Virus record (IMG/VR): IMGVR_UViG_3300046786_000034
Span: 1-37,145 of that record
Strand: one strand, 5' to 3'
From: a virus
Lineage: Duplodnaviria > Caudoviricetes
Length of the DNA: 37,145 nt
The notes under the pieces are model-generated. The model saw only the letters and a program-made list of their open reading frames with translations. It had not been told where the DNA came from and made no database searches. Made by a program: the position numbers and the translations under genes. This document shows positions 25,216 through 34,439 of this stretch, one piece after another. The number at the start of each line of letters is the position of its first letter. Within the stretch, counting starts at the first letter, position 1.

Positions 25216-27252
25216 TCAATTGTTAGGGAATGCCGCAGTTGGTGGCGTGAAATTGGTGGTGTACCGAGCCACGCCTCTGGTGATACGAAAGTCATCAATG
25301 TAACCATTGATACTGCGGCTAGCCCCTGCTTGACCGCCAATAATTGGCGTATCTGATGCCGAATAATATAAAGAAGCTGATGAAGTAACTGTAGTTTGGG
25401 CAATACCATTTTTATACGCAGTAAAAGTACTACCGTTTCGTACTAAACAAATATGCGTCCATGTTGAATCAGATACTGTCCAAGCTGACGAGTTACTTGC
25501 AATATCGTATGAACTGCCATTACTACTCAAATAAAGACCAATATTATTTGGTTCTGACCCACTGACGTTACTAGCTATGTTTATACCTGCATAAACATCG
25601 CCATTTCTTGTTTGAAATAAACGTGCGGACGTTTCGGGTGTTCCGGCTTTGTAATACCAAAATTCAATGGTGAAGTTGCCCGTGCCAAAAAAATATTGTG
25701 GCGATGCCTGCATTAAAAGATAATCCCCTGACCCATCAAAATACATTGACGCACTGCCGTACTTCTTAACGCTTGTAGAAATCTGTGCGTTACCTACAGT
25801 TTCTAAGTCGTTCATCATGGCGTTGTCTAAGATGCCAGCATTGGTGTAAGACAGAAGCAACTGAGTGCCAGTAATAGCAGTTAGTGGTGTTGTGCTTGGT
25901 GTAAATGCTGTTGTGTAGACTGCAGTAGTGCCGATCCTACTATTGGAAATATATCCTGCGCTACCAGAATAAACAGTTGCAGTTGGGTTGCCGTTTAGTT
26001 CAGCGTTAATATATGCAGTACCAGAAATAGTAGCTGACCAAGATGCTGAGTCAACTTGAACACCATTTAAATACGCTCTAAGTGTGTTTGAACTTCTGAC
26101 AAATGCAATATGATTCCATGAGTTTAATTGCGCTAATCCGCTTGTCCCAGCAAGTAGGTGTGCTTGGCTTGTATATACTCTTAAATATCCTGATGTATCA
26201 ACAAAAAATGTAGCGCCACCACTAAAGGTATCGTTACCTAAACCGAATACATAATTTCCATTTCCAGATGCTGTTGTTCGGTATATCCACCCTTCAACAG
26301 TAAAGTCACCACTTAAAGAAATAGAACTGCCAGCACTCAAATAATCCCCACTACCATCAAAATATGCAGAGCCACCAATCACGCTTGTGGAGTAGGCAGA
26401 TGTGGGGCTAAATGGGCTGAAGCGTTGGACGCTTGGTGAGCCGTTTATATCTAAAGTGTATGCGTTAGAACTGTTGTCAATAAATCTGTTTGATTGGCAA
26501 GTCAACAACTTTGTGTCTGAATCGTTTGTATAAGGCGTTATTGGAACAGTTGTCATTCCTGTACGAACAACATTTGAAATTCGAAAGTTAGATAAATAAC
26601 CAGTAAAGTCATACAAATATGAACTTGCTTCACAACCAATGTTTAATCCATAAGTTGCGTTGTTTGAAGAATATGCAAACCCTGTGTTTGAACTTGAACC
26701 TCTTTGCGTTCCGTTTATATAAAAAGTGCAAGTTTTTGTAGAAGTATTAAATGTAATACCTACATGATTCCATTGATTCGCCACAAGATTGCCAGTTGAT
26801 GAAAACTGTGCGTATGTACTTCCATTAAAAAAATAGAACGCTACATCATTTGTAACAACACTATTTAACTGTAATGTGAATCCAGTATTTGCAGTAATTT
26901 TTACATTAGATGCCAATACAGTTAAATTTGTAGTAGTTGGAAAAATATCAAATTCAATAGTAAAACTTGAGCCATTATGTAAAAAATTCCAATTCGTACT
27001 ACTGTTTTGATTCAATGCAGAGTTTGCACCATCAAAATAATTTGACCAATTACTACCATAAGGACTGAATGTTCCTTGAGTAGTATTGCCATTACGAGTA
27101 ATCGTAAAGTTATTGGTAGATGAGTCTACAAATGTATTGTTCTGTGCGCCATTAGTCCCATCGCCATGCAATAGCATAGTGACATAGTTAAAGTACGGAT
27201 CAAGCGTTTGAAAAGCCCTTTGAGCCGCCGCACGAAGCATGTGATGAAGCAT
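25216..27252 (-). CDS. Triple LamG/concanavalin-A-like domain protein (putative glycan-binding virion appendage)
   Basis: Three YFDG...FT(I/V)E...W.H...Y.NG...GY...R units; ATG 27252 overlaps the upstream stop. Confidence 0.85.
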   Translation of the reverse strand: MLHHMLRAAAQRAFQTLDPYFNYVTMLLHGDGTNGAQNNTFVDSSTNNFTITRNGNTTQGTFSPYGSNWSNYFDGANSALNQNSSTNWNFLHNGSSFTIEFDIFPTTTNLTVLASNVKITANTGFTLQLNSVVTNDVAFYFFNGSTYAQFSSTGNLVANQWNHVGITFNTSTKTCTFYINGTQRGSSSNTGFAYSSNNATYGLNIGCEASSYLYDFTGYLSNFRISNVVRTGMTTVPITPYTNDSDTKLLTCQSNRFIDNSSNAYTLDINGSPSVQRFSPFSPTSAYSTSVIGGSAYFDGSGDYLSAGSSISLSGDFTVEGWIYRTTASGNGNYVFGLGNDTFSGGATFFVDTSGYLRVYTSQAHLLAGTSGLAQLNSWNHIAFVRSSNTLRAYLNGVQVDSASWSATISGTAYINAELNGNPTATVYSGSAGYISNSRIGTTAVYTTAFTPSTTPLTAITGTQLLLSYTNAGILDNAMMNDLETVGNAQISTSVKKYGSASMYFDGSGDYLLMQASPQYFFGTGNFTIEFWYYKAGTPETSARLFQTRNGDVYAGINIASNVSGSEPNNIGLYLSSNGSSYDIASNSSAWTVSDSTWTHICLVRNGSTFTAYKNGIAQTTVTSSASLYYSASDTPIIGGQAGASRSINGYIDDFRITRGVARYTTNFTPPTAAFPNN

Positions 27253-29156
27253 TAAGCAACTCCAACGTATGCAGCATAAACTGTGCTGCCAACTTTCCAC
27301 AATTCAATGATGGTGTAGCCTGATGTGGCCAGCGTTGGAGCAGAGCCAGTCGCTGTTGCGCCCACCCATGTTGGGTTCACGGTTGACCAAGTAATCGCAT
27401 AAGACGCAGCATCGTCAATCATCAAAGTCACAGATTGACCAGACGTAAAGTTGGTCGCCGCTGGTGTGCGGTTAGCGCCCAAAGTGATGGTCTGGATACC
27501 GCCGTTGGCAGGGTTGATCTCAAAACCCGCACCGTCAGTGATCGCAAAGACAGTCTCTTTTGTGCCAGTAAGAGTCTTGTTTGTGAATGTCTCAGTACCC
27601 GCTAATGTGGCCAAAGTGCCAGTTGTCGGGAAAGTGACATTGGTTGTGCCAGTCAGTGTTCTGGTATACGCAAAGTTGCCAGAGGATGTGACCGTGGCAG
27701 ACGCATTGTTGGCCACGCCCGTGCCGCCAGAGGCAGGCGACAAGGTGGCAGACAAACCAGCCGCAGTGCCAGAAGTGTTCTGGTTGAATGTAGGCCAAGT
27801 AAATACACCAGTGCTGAAGTTACCAGACTGAGGCGTGCCCAAAGCCGGTGTTACCAAAGTAGGATTGGTAGACAACACCACTGAGCCAGTGCCAGTGCTA
27901 GTTGTAACACCAGTACCGCCATTAGAAACTGCCAAAGTGCCAGTCACGCCAGTTGACAGTGGCAAACCAGTCAAGTTTGTGGCTGTGCCGCTTGCGGGTG
28001 TGCCAAGAACGGGGCTGACAAGTGTTGGGCTGGTAGACAGCACAACATTACCAGAACCAGTGCTGGTTGTGACTCCTGTACCGCCGTTGGCCACTGCCAA
28101 AGTGCCAGCCAAAGTGATTGTGCCAGCCGCAGTGATGGGGCCGCCAGAAGTTGTTAAACCCGTTGTGCCGCCAGACACGGCCACGCTAGTGACTGTGCCA
28201 GAACCACCGGCTGAAATCCACTCAGCATCGGTTGCACCAACATTGACTGCCAAAACTTTGCCAGCGTTGCCGGTGTAAGACGGCAAGATGTTGCCGCGAG
28301 CCTGAGAAGCGCTAGATGCGCCCGTGCCGCCATAGGACAAACCAACTTCAGTGCCTTTCCAGACACCAACAGTCACCTCGCCTGAGTCGTTGATCACAAC
28401 GCCAGAGTTTTGGATGATCTTGCCAGTTGTGCTGTCAAAACGAGCAACAGCGTTGTCGGTGCTTGAACCTGGGCCAGTCACATCACCCGTGCCGCTTGCG
28501 GTTGAGTTAATGGTCTGGTTTGGCCATGTGCCGCTAACAGTGACATTAGTTCCGGCTACTATGCTTGGCGTTGCTGTGCCTGTACCACCGTTTGCGACTG
28601 GAAGTAGGCCAGTCACGCCAGTAGAAAGTGGCAGGCCTGTCAAATTTGTTGCAGTGCCGCTAGAAGGCGTACCCAAAGCACCGCCGTTGGTCAAGTACGA
28701 GCCAGCAGGCTGCTTGTTGTTAAATGTATTCCAGTCAGTCGATGCCAAGTAACCATTTGTTGAAGCGTTGGCCGCAGCCATGCTGATCACAGGCGCTGTG
28801 CCGCCACTAGACACCACAGGGGCAGTCGCTGTCACGCCCGTAACTGCGCCAGCAATTGAGTTAATCGTTTGGTTTGGCCAAGTGCCCGAAATAGTGACAT
28901 TGGTTCCAGCCACTAAAGCGGGTGTGGCTGTGCCAGTGCCGCCATGGTTGACAGGCAACACGCCAGTGGCCTGAGCAACAGGCACAAATGTGGCGTTGGT
29001 CAGATTGATTGCGGCGGGTGTGCCCAAGTTGGCCGAAGTAAACAGGCCGTTTACGGTGACTTGCTTGGTCGCTCCACTTTGAACAAGAGGGATCTGCTCA
29101 GACCCTGCCAGCGGCGTGGTGGCGGCTGGCAGTTGTGATATTTTTACGTCTGCCAA
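27252..29156 (-). CDS. Gly/Thr-rich fibre protein with repeated modules
   Basis: MADVKISQLP N-terminus; repeated LGTP.SGTATNLTGLPLSTGVTG.L.V.NGGTG and GTNVT.SGTWPNQTINS. Confidence 0.75.
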   Translation of the reverse strand: MADVKISQLPAATTPLAGSEQIPLVQSGATKQVTVNGLFTSANLGTPAAINLTNATFVPVAQATGVLPVNHGGTGTATPALVAGTNVTISGTWPNQTINSIAGAVTGVTATAPVVSSGGTAPVISMAAANASTNGYLASTDWNTFNNKQPAGSYLTNGGALGTPSSGTATNLTGLPLSTGVTGLLPVANGGTGTATPSIVAGTNVTVSGTWPNQTINSTASGTGDVTGPGSSTDNAVARFDSTTGKIIQNSGVVINDSGEVTVGVWKGTEVGLSYGGTGASSASQARGNILPSYTGNAGKVLAVNVGATDAEWISAGGSGTVTSVAVSGGTTGLTTSGGPITAAGTITLAGTLAVANGGTGVTTSTGSGNVVLSTSPTLVSPVLGTPASGTATNLTGLPLSTGVTGTLAVSNGGTGVTTSTGTGSVVLSTNPTLVTPALGTPQSGNFSTGVFTWPTFNQNTSGTAAGLSATLSPASGGTGVANNASATVTSSGNFAYTRTLTGTTNVTFPTTGTLATLAGTETFTNKTLTGTKETVFAITDGAGFEINPANGGIQTITLGANRTPAATNFTSGQSVTLMIDDAASYAITWSTVNPTWVGATATGSAPTLATSGYTIIELWKVGSTVYAAYVGVA

Positions 29157-29167
29157 GATATGCCCCT

Positions 29168-29434
29168 TTATTCGTAAGAGATGGTCGCTGCAACTGTGCC
29201 GCTAATTACAACGTACAAGCCTTTGTTGAAGTACAAGCCTTGAAAGAAGTTGTGGCCAGTGTTGCCAGTGGGCGTGAAAGTGGCCAAGATCACGGGGTCA
29301 GACGCGCTAGAAGCGGGTGAGTCGTACACAGTGATGGTGGGCGTGCTAGAAGCACTGCTGATGAAAATACCGTTGAGTTTGCCTGCGCCGACTTTGATCT
29401 GGGTTGTCGCTGAAATGGCGGTGTAATTAGACAT
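29168..29434 (-). CDS. 88-aa beta-rich virion protein
   Basis: TAAGGAG RBS; ITVYD...F.KGLYVVISGT motif. Confidence 0.7.
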   Translation of the reverse strand: MSNYTAISATTQIKVGAGKLNGIFISSASSTPTITVYDSPASSASDPVILATFTPTGNTGHNFFQGLYFNKGLYVVISGTVAATISYE

Positions 29435-29443
29435 GATGGCTCC

Positions 29444-29806
29444 TTATGCCAAGAAACGAAGTTTGTACAGGGTTGTCAAGTACAGTTCAACGATATTATC
29501 AATCAACTGTTGCAAAGATGAGTCGCTTTTGTCGCAAATTTCATATCTGCAATCTTCAATTTGCTTGAGCGAATCTTCCAAAAACTCAATAACATTGTTG
29601 GTCTTTTTTGCTGAGTGTAGCGTGATCGGGCCAATCAGTCCATGCCTGCCTTGATAGGCCTCGGCAAATGCGTCAGCATGGTCAATAATTTCGTCGTAAA
29701 ACGTGTTCAAAGCCACATGCTTGGAGTAGCTGCGGGTGTTCAAATGAACACTGTGCGCCACATCTCTGGCCAAAAACAGTTGACCTATAAATTCTGCTGC
29801 GTTCAT
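29444..29806 (-). CDS. Ferritin/Dps-like four-helix protein (DUF5856-like)
   Basis: H..H..T.SY..H.AL..FY......D.FAE.YQG and TLYKL.FL pattern. Confidence 0.7.
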   Translation of the reverse strand: MNAAEFIGQLFLARDVAHSVHLNTRSYSKHVALNTFYDEIIDHADAFAEAYQGRHGLIGPITLHSAKKTNNVIEFLEDSLKQIEDCRYEICDKSDSSLQQLIDNIVELYLTTLYKLRFLA

Positions 29807-31956
29807 TGTTGCATTTCTCCAGGTTCTTCAAGCACTTCAGGCATCTGGTTGATCATACCTTGCGACTCCAAAGCCGCAGCAACCACGCCCATGGCGATGT
29901 CTTGGATCTGCTCTTCCGTCATGCCAGCTTGCACGGCGCTGATGCGCTGGGTTTCGGCCTGATAAGCCTTAATTTCAGCTTCGTAAGTCTTGATGTCCAA
30001 GTCGCGCGCTTCCATGGACTGCTGGACATTCTGGAGCATCTGGTGCATCTGCTCCATCTCTTGACCCATGGCCTGCATCTGCATTTCAGCCGCTTGCAAG
30101 GCGGGTGACTTGTCGTTGTCTTCCATGATCTTAGGATCAATGGTCTTGGCAAAGCGCTTGGACATCTCCTGCGCCCCAGGCCAGTCCATGTTCTTCACAA
30201 ACAAGTCACCAGCCACTTGCCACAGTTGTGGGTTGCCCTGAAGCAGTTGCGCCATGGCCTCCAATGCCTCTTGGCGCTTGGTTGCATAGCCTGGGCCCGT
30301 CGTGGCCACTACGTCATATTTGCCGACGCCGGGGTTGTAAATCTTCTCAATCACAATCGCAGGGTTCTCCATGTCACGAATCTCGCGCACGGGTTCCTCT
30401 TGCTCTGGATTGATCTTGACCATCTTGGTTTCGCCGTCTTCACCAATGATGCGGGCGATACGCTGGGTGTCGTAAATCTTAGGAATCAGATCAACCAATT
30501 GACGGGCAACATGACGAACTGCACGGGTCAAGTTGTCGCCATAGTGGTATGTGCCAACATCACCCTCGCGCTGGCGTGCAAGGATCGCTTTACCGCTGCG
30601 CTCGTTGCTTCCCATGCCAAGTGATGCGTTGTATTGCCCTGTTGTGGACTTAATGTCCTCAGATGCGCCAGCTTTGGCCTGCAAAAGACCCGTAGAAGCC
30701 ATCGGCGGCTGGGCACGCTGGGGTAGTGGCAACACCGCGCCTTGGCCGTCTGTAACGTCAGGATTGACCTCCAAATAGGGCCAATTGTTCGTGTTTGCCG
30801 TCTTCCACTTGTCCTCATAGCCCTCAAACTGGCCACCATAGCCAATGAACGGTGCTTTGGGTGCCAAAGCCAGCATTTCAGCCTCTTGCGACACCCAATA
30901 GTTGTACATGCGCTGGGCGTCTTTGGCGTTGCGAACTAAGCCAGAGACATACAAGCGGCCATCGACCTCAAACTCGTTGCCGACCACACGAATCACGGGA
31001 ATCCACTGGCCTGCCCACTCTTTTTCTTCCAAGATTTCGTAGCCGTTGATCTTGCAATACTTCACACGGCGGCGCTCAGAGATACGGCTGCGCTTAGGTC
31101 TGGTGTAGATTATTTTAAGTTGCTTGTCTTCAGGCGTACCCTCAAATGCGGTCTGACCGCCTGGGTACATGTTCAGTGTCGCCTTGTCGTAATCGACATA
31201 GTAGTAACCAGCGATGCGAACCGTGTCTTCATTGAGCCAGTTGCTAATCGACTGGTCACCCACGCCAAGCGACTGGAGCGTTGAGATAGGCGCAGCGTCG
31301 GGATATTGACGCTCATACTCAGCTTTTGTCAGGTCTTCAGTGATAAAGCACCACTTGGCATCTGCGCCCGTGGGGTCTTGGATCAAAGGATCCATGTAGA
31401 CCGAGAATGAGTTGCGAATGCGGCCAATCTTGATGTCTTGATCAAATGTGGCAGGGTCGCAGTATTCGGTGTACAGCGTGATGTAACCCTCGCCATAGGC
31501 GACTTGGTTTTCACATGCTGTGTCGTAGGCCACATCCGCATCTGAGATGTATTCAATGTGGCGAATCATGCCGTTGAAAATCTCAGCAACTTGCACATCG
31601 GCGTTGTCATCTACGGGGATGACTTTAGCGCCAGGCCGGTTCTGACGCATGTCGTTCGTCACTTGACGGACATGCTGCGGCAGTTTGTTGATCGTAAGCG
31701 TCGGGCGGGCGTTGATCGTCTGACCCTGCACCGCACCGCGAGTGGCCAAAACATCGGCAGGCCATTGCCAGTGGTTGTCAGGTGAGCCAGCATAAAAGCG
31801 CAGATCGTCGATTTCGTCTTCACGACTTTCAGCCAGCGCTGAGACAGCCATATCAAGGCGTGCGCGAGCAACGGTCAATATGTCAGAGTCACTCTTTAGA
31901 GGTTTGCCGCCAGCAGCTACATTAGCTGCTGCGACTATGCCGGTTGGGTCTGCCAT
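29803..31956 (-). CDS. Portal protein, P22-like
   Basis: DLRFYAG...QW, RPTLTINKL, GLVRNAKDAQRMYNYW.S, ERSGKAILARQ, GKYDVV..TGP.YATKRQEA. Confidence 0.93.
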   Translation of the reverse strand: MADPTGIVAAANVAAGGKPLKSDSDILTVARARLDMAVSALAESREDEIDDLRFYAGSPDNHWQWPADVLATRGAVQGQTINARPTLTINKLPQHVRQVTNDMRQNRPGAKVIPVDDNADVQVAEIFNGMIRHIEYISDADVAYDTACENQVAYGEGYITLYTEYCDPATFDQDIKIGRIRNSFSVYMDPLIQDPTGADAKWCFITEDLTKAEYERQYPDAAPISTLQSLGVGDQSISNWLNEDTVRIAGYYYVDYDKATLNMYPGGQTAFEGTPEDKQLKIIYTRPKRSRISERRRVKYCKINGYEILEEKEWAGQWIPVIRVVGNEFEVDGRLYVSGLVRNAKDAQRMYNYWVSQEAEMLALAPKAPFIGYGGQFEGYEDKWKTANTNNWPYLEVNPDVTDGQGAVLPLPQRAQPPMASTGLLQAKAGASEDIKSTTGQYNASLGMGSNERSGKAILARQREGDVGTYHYGDNLTRAVRHVARQLVDLIPKIYDTQRIARIIGEDGETKMVKINPEQEEPVREIRDMENPAIVIEKIYNPGVGKYDVVATTGPGYATKRQEALEAMAQLLQGNPQLWQVAGDLFVKNMDWPGAQEMSKRFAKTIDPKIMEDNDKSPALQAAEMQMQAMGQEMEQMHQMLQNVQQSMEARDLDIKTYEAEIKAYQAETQRISAVQAGMTEEQIQDIAMGVVAAALESQGMINQMPEVLEEPGEMQQ

Positions 31957-32012
31957 TATTTATCACCTTTTTGGGTTATACTACGCAATAGCAACTTACA
32001 TTGGAGTAGCGT

Positions 32013-32438
32013 ATGCCTAACTATGGACACCCCACCGGAACAAACAAAATTTGTGAATGTTGCGGCGCAACTTATTACGTTCCCCCTTACAGGGCAGGGA
32101 AAGCAAAATATTGTTCTAGATCTTGTTTGGCAAAAATACATCTTGATCAATTCTCACATCTTCGGTTTCAACCTACAAACAAACCCAAACACACTTACAA
32201 AACCATGACTGTAAACGGGAAACAAGTGCGTGTCCATAGGTATATTATGGAACAACATTTGGGTAGAAAGTTGGCTTCGTGGGAACATGTTCATCACATC
32301 AATGGCGATTCGCACGATAACCGGATAGAAAATCTAGCCGTGCTGTCAAATGCAGCGCACCAAAAGGTTGAAGTTGAAGAACGCATGAGGCCTATTTGGA
32401 ACGCTTTGCAGCAGGAGCCTTTGCCGCCGCACGCTTAA
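32013..32438 (+). mobile_element. Free-standing HNH endonuclease gene, antisense to the late operon
   Basis: CECC...YCSRSC Zn motif, HRYIMEQHLGR.L...EHVHHINGD..DNRIENL; GGAG RBS; AT-rich. Confidence 0.88.
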
Positions 32439-32544
32439 CTGCATAGGCTATTGCCACACTCTGCGCCACGGGTTTGCCAGATTTTACTTCAGCGGCGACG
32501 TTTTTGCGGAAGGCTTCGGGTGATTTTGACTTGACAAGTGGCAT
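32392..32544 (-). CDS. 50-aa basic protein
   Basis: Hand translation MPLVKSKSPEAFRKNVAAEVKSGKPVAQSVAIAYAVKRAAAKAPAAKRSK. Confidence 0.75.
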   Translation of the reverse strand: MPLVKSKSPEAFRKNVAAEVKSGKPVAQSVAIAYAVKRAAAKAPAAKRSK

Positions 32545-32546
32545 GA

Positions 32547-32696
32547 TCACTTCTTCTTCGCTGTTTTGGCGGATTCTTTGAAAGCCTTAGCAGTGGGCGC
32601 GCCTTTGTCGCCTGGCTGGCGCATTTTTTCTTTAGAACCGGCGGCGATTCTTTCGCGTTTGGCGTGGATATTTGCGTAGAGTCCGGGCTTTTGCAT
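32547..32696 (-). CDS. 49-aa basic protein
   Basis: Hand translation MQKPGLYANIHAKRERIAAGSKEKMRQPGDKGAPTAKAFKESAKTAKKK; starts 1 nt after the terL stop. Confidence 0.75.
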   Translation of the reverse strand: MQKPGLYANIHAKRERIAAGSKEKMRQPGDKGAPTAKAFKESAKTAKKK

Positions 32697-32697
32697 T

Positions 32698-34224
32698 TTA
32701 ACTTCCCATCCATGAGGTTGTTACCACGCTTCGATCCACATAAGTGCGGCGCTGCGTGGGTTCACGCGCCTCACGATGCGCCACAGGGAAGGCAAAAGTC
32801 ACACAGATCGCGTCTGCCGCGTCGGGTGATGCCAGCCCCCTGGCTTTCATGTCCTTTTTCGACTCCAGAAAAATTGTACCCTTGGAGTCGGGCTTCATCA
32901 TAGGTGAAATTAGATCAGTTTTAAGAAACCTGTCAAGCGGTATTGAGGCCGTTTTGAGCCAATCTTTCATTTTTCCCCACATTTCAGCGCGTTTATTGCC
33001 CCACATGATAGGGTTTTTCGACTTGTTGCCAAAGTTAATGCCCTTGATTTTGTAGCGCTGCTCATTAAGCCTGTCAACAATGCCAGCACCCAGACCACCT
33101 TCGTCAATCACCACCAGTGCAGGGCTGAATTCTTCAATTGCCTCAATGATGTGGCCAACCACCGTCATGGTGTCATCACCTCGATGCCTGTCAATGCGCA
33201 CAATGTCTCTGCCTTGGCGAATCGCAATGACTGTTGCATCAGCGCCAAAGCGCGCAGGGTCAACACCAATGATGATGGGGGCTGTAATGTCCTTGTATTT
33301 GGGCCTATTCATGGCATCATCCACAATGTTGGCCGGAATAAACTGGTCGTCACCCTCAGATGGGAACATGCCATAAACCTCAACATGGGCTTGCGCACTG
33401 TCTGGGCCGTATTCGTCAATAATGCTTTGGTAAACTTGCTTGTCAGTGCCCTCAACCGTCCTGGCATCAACCACCTTGTTGCTCCAAAAGTCTCTTTTTG
33501 AGTTGAAGCACTCATAAAAGTAACCAGTGTTGCGCCGTGGATTGGAAAAAGCCAACCAAAGGCGGTTAGGCGTGTTCTCCGTGAAAAAACCAGCCGTGAC
33601 AGACCAAATTGAGTCGTCAATACCGCTGGCTTCGTCAAAAATCACCATCACACCATCGTAGTTGTGGACACCAGCGTAGGCATCTGGGTTTTCTGCTGAC
33701 CACAGGCGGCCTTCCACAGCCCAATAGCGTGTGCCTTTTTTGAGGTCTTTTTCAACCAGCTCAGTTAGCCAAGCAGCAGGGGTGATTTTGGTGGCTGCAA
33801 CCTCAAACCAGTGGCTGTTGATGCTCATGGCCAACCACTTTGTGATCTCAGCCCAAGTGACTGCACGCAGCTGGGCTTCTGAGTTGGCCGAAATAATGGT
33901 GGTCGAGCCTATGCGGGTGGATAACATCCAGATGGTGAGCCAACTGACTAAGGCTGATTTGCCAATACCACGGCCAGAAGAGACTGCGTGGCGCAAGGTT
34001 TCAAAGTCTATGCGGCCTTGCTGGCGCTTGATGTGGACTGCAATCTCGCGCAAGACCTCGCGTTGCCATTTGCGGGGGCCTTTGAAGTTTGCCAAGGGGG
34101 TGTTCTCTTGACCCCAAGGGAATGCAAACAAAACAAAGGCTTCTGGGTCGTCGGCGATTGCCGGTGTCCACAGCGTGGCCATCAACTCTTGTTCGTCTTC
34201 GGGCTTGTAGATCGTGGTTTGCAT
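32698..34224 (-). CDS. terL: Terminase large subunit
   Basis: Walker A SGRGIGKS, Walker B VIFDEASG, FSNP and nuclease motifs IGVDPARFGAD, SPDAADA. Confidence 0.93.
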   Translation of the reverse strand: MQTTIYKPEDEQELMATLWTPAIADDPEAFVLFAFPWGQENTPLANFKGPRKWQREVLREIAVHIKRQQGRIDFETLRHAVSSGRGIGKSALVSWLTIWMLSTRIGSTTIISANSEAQLRAVTWAEITKWLAMSINSHWFEVAATKITPAAWLTELVEKDLKKGTRYWAVEGRLWSAENPDAYAGVHNYDGVMVIFDEASGIDDSIWSVTAGFFTENTPNRLWLAFSNPRRNTGYFYECFNSKRDFWSNKVVDARTVEGTDKQVYQSIIDEYGPDSAQAHVEVYGMFPSEGDDQFIPANIVDDAMNRPKYKDITAPIIIGVDPARFGADATVIAIRQGRDIVRIDRHRGDDTMTVVGHIIEAIEEFSPALVVIDEGGLGAGIVDRLNEQRYKIKGINFGNKSKNPIMWGNKRAEMWGKMKDWLKTASIPLDRFLKTDLISPMMKPDSKGTIFLESKKDMKARGLASPDAADAICVTFAFPVAHREAREPTQRRTYVDRSVVTTSWMGS

Positions 34225-34340
34225 TGGGCGAATGGTAAATGATTTTTTAAAAAATAAAAATAAAAATGTTCGCGGGGCTACCGTTCCTGTTGCCCTTTCC
34301 CGCCGGCCCTCCCCCCTCCCCCTTCGCGGCTGGTGGGGCA

Positions 34341-34429
34341 TTGTCCACAGGGCGTTTTCCACAGTTGTCCACATTTGCATGTGGATAACTCAAACTGTAA
34401 TGCCTGAGTACTCAAATTTCTGTGGATAA
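34341..34429. promoter_or_regulatory. Cluster of five DnaA boxes
   Basis: TTGTCCACA 34341, TTTTCCACA 34355, TTGTCCACA 34365 on +; perfect TTATCCACA on - at 34380-34388 and 34421-34429. Confidence 0.8.
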
Positions 34430-34439
34430 CTTATAGTCA

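Noticed and set aside
27451-28974. Plus-strand Val/Pro-rich ORFs
   Set aside because: Antisense shadows of the Gly/Thr-rich fibre gene.
31956-32150. 64-aa minus-strand ORF as a real gene
   Set aside because: Mostly antisense to the HNH gene with no clear RBS; only its last codons look like a relic of the interrupted gene.
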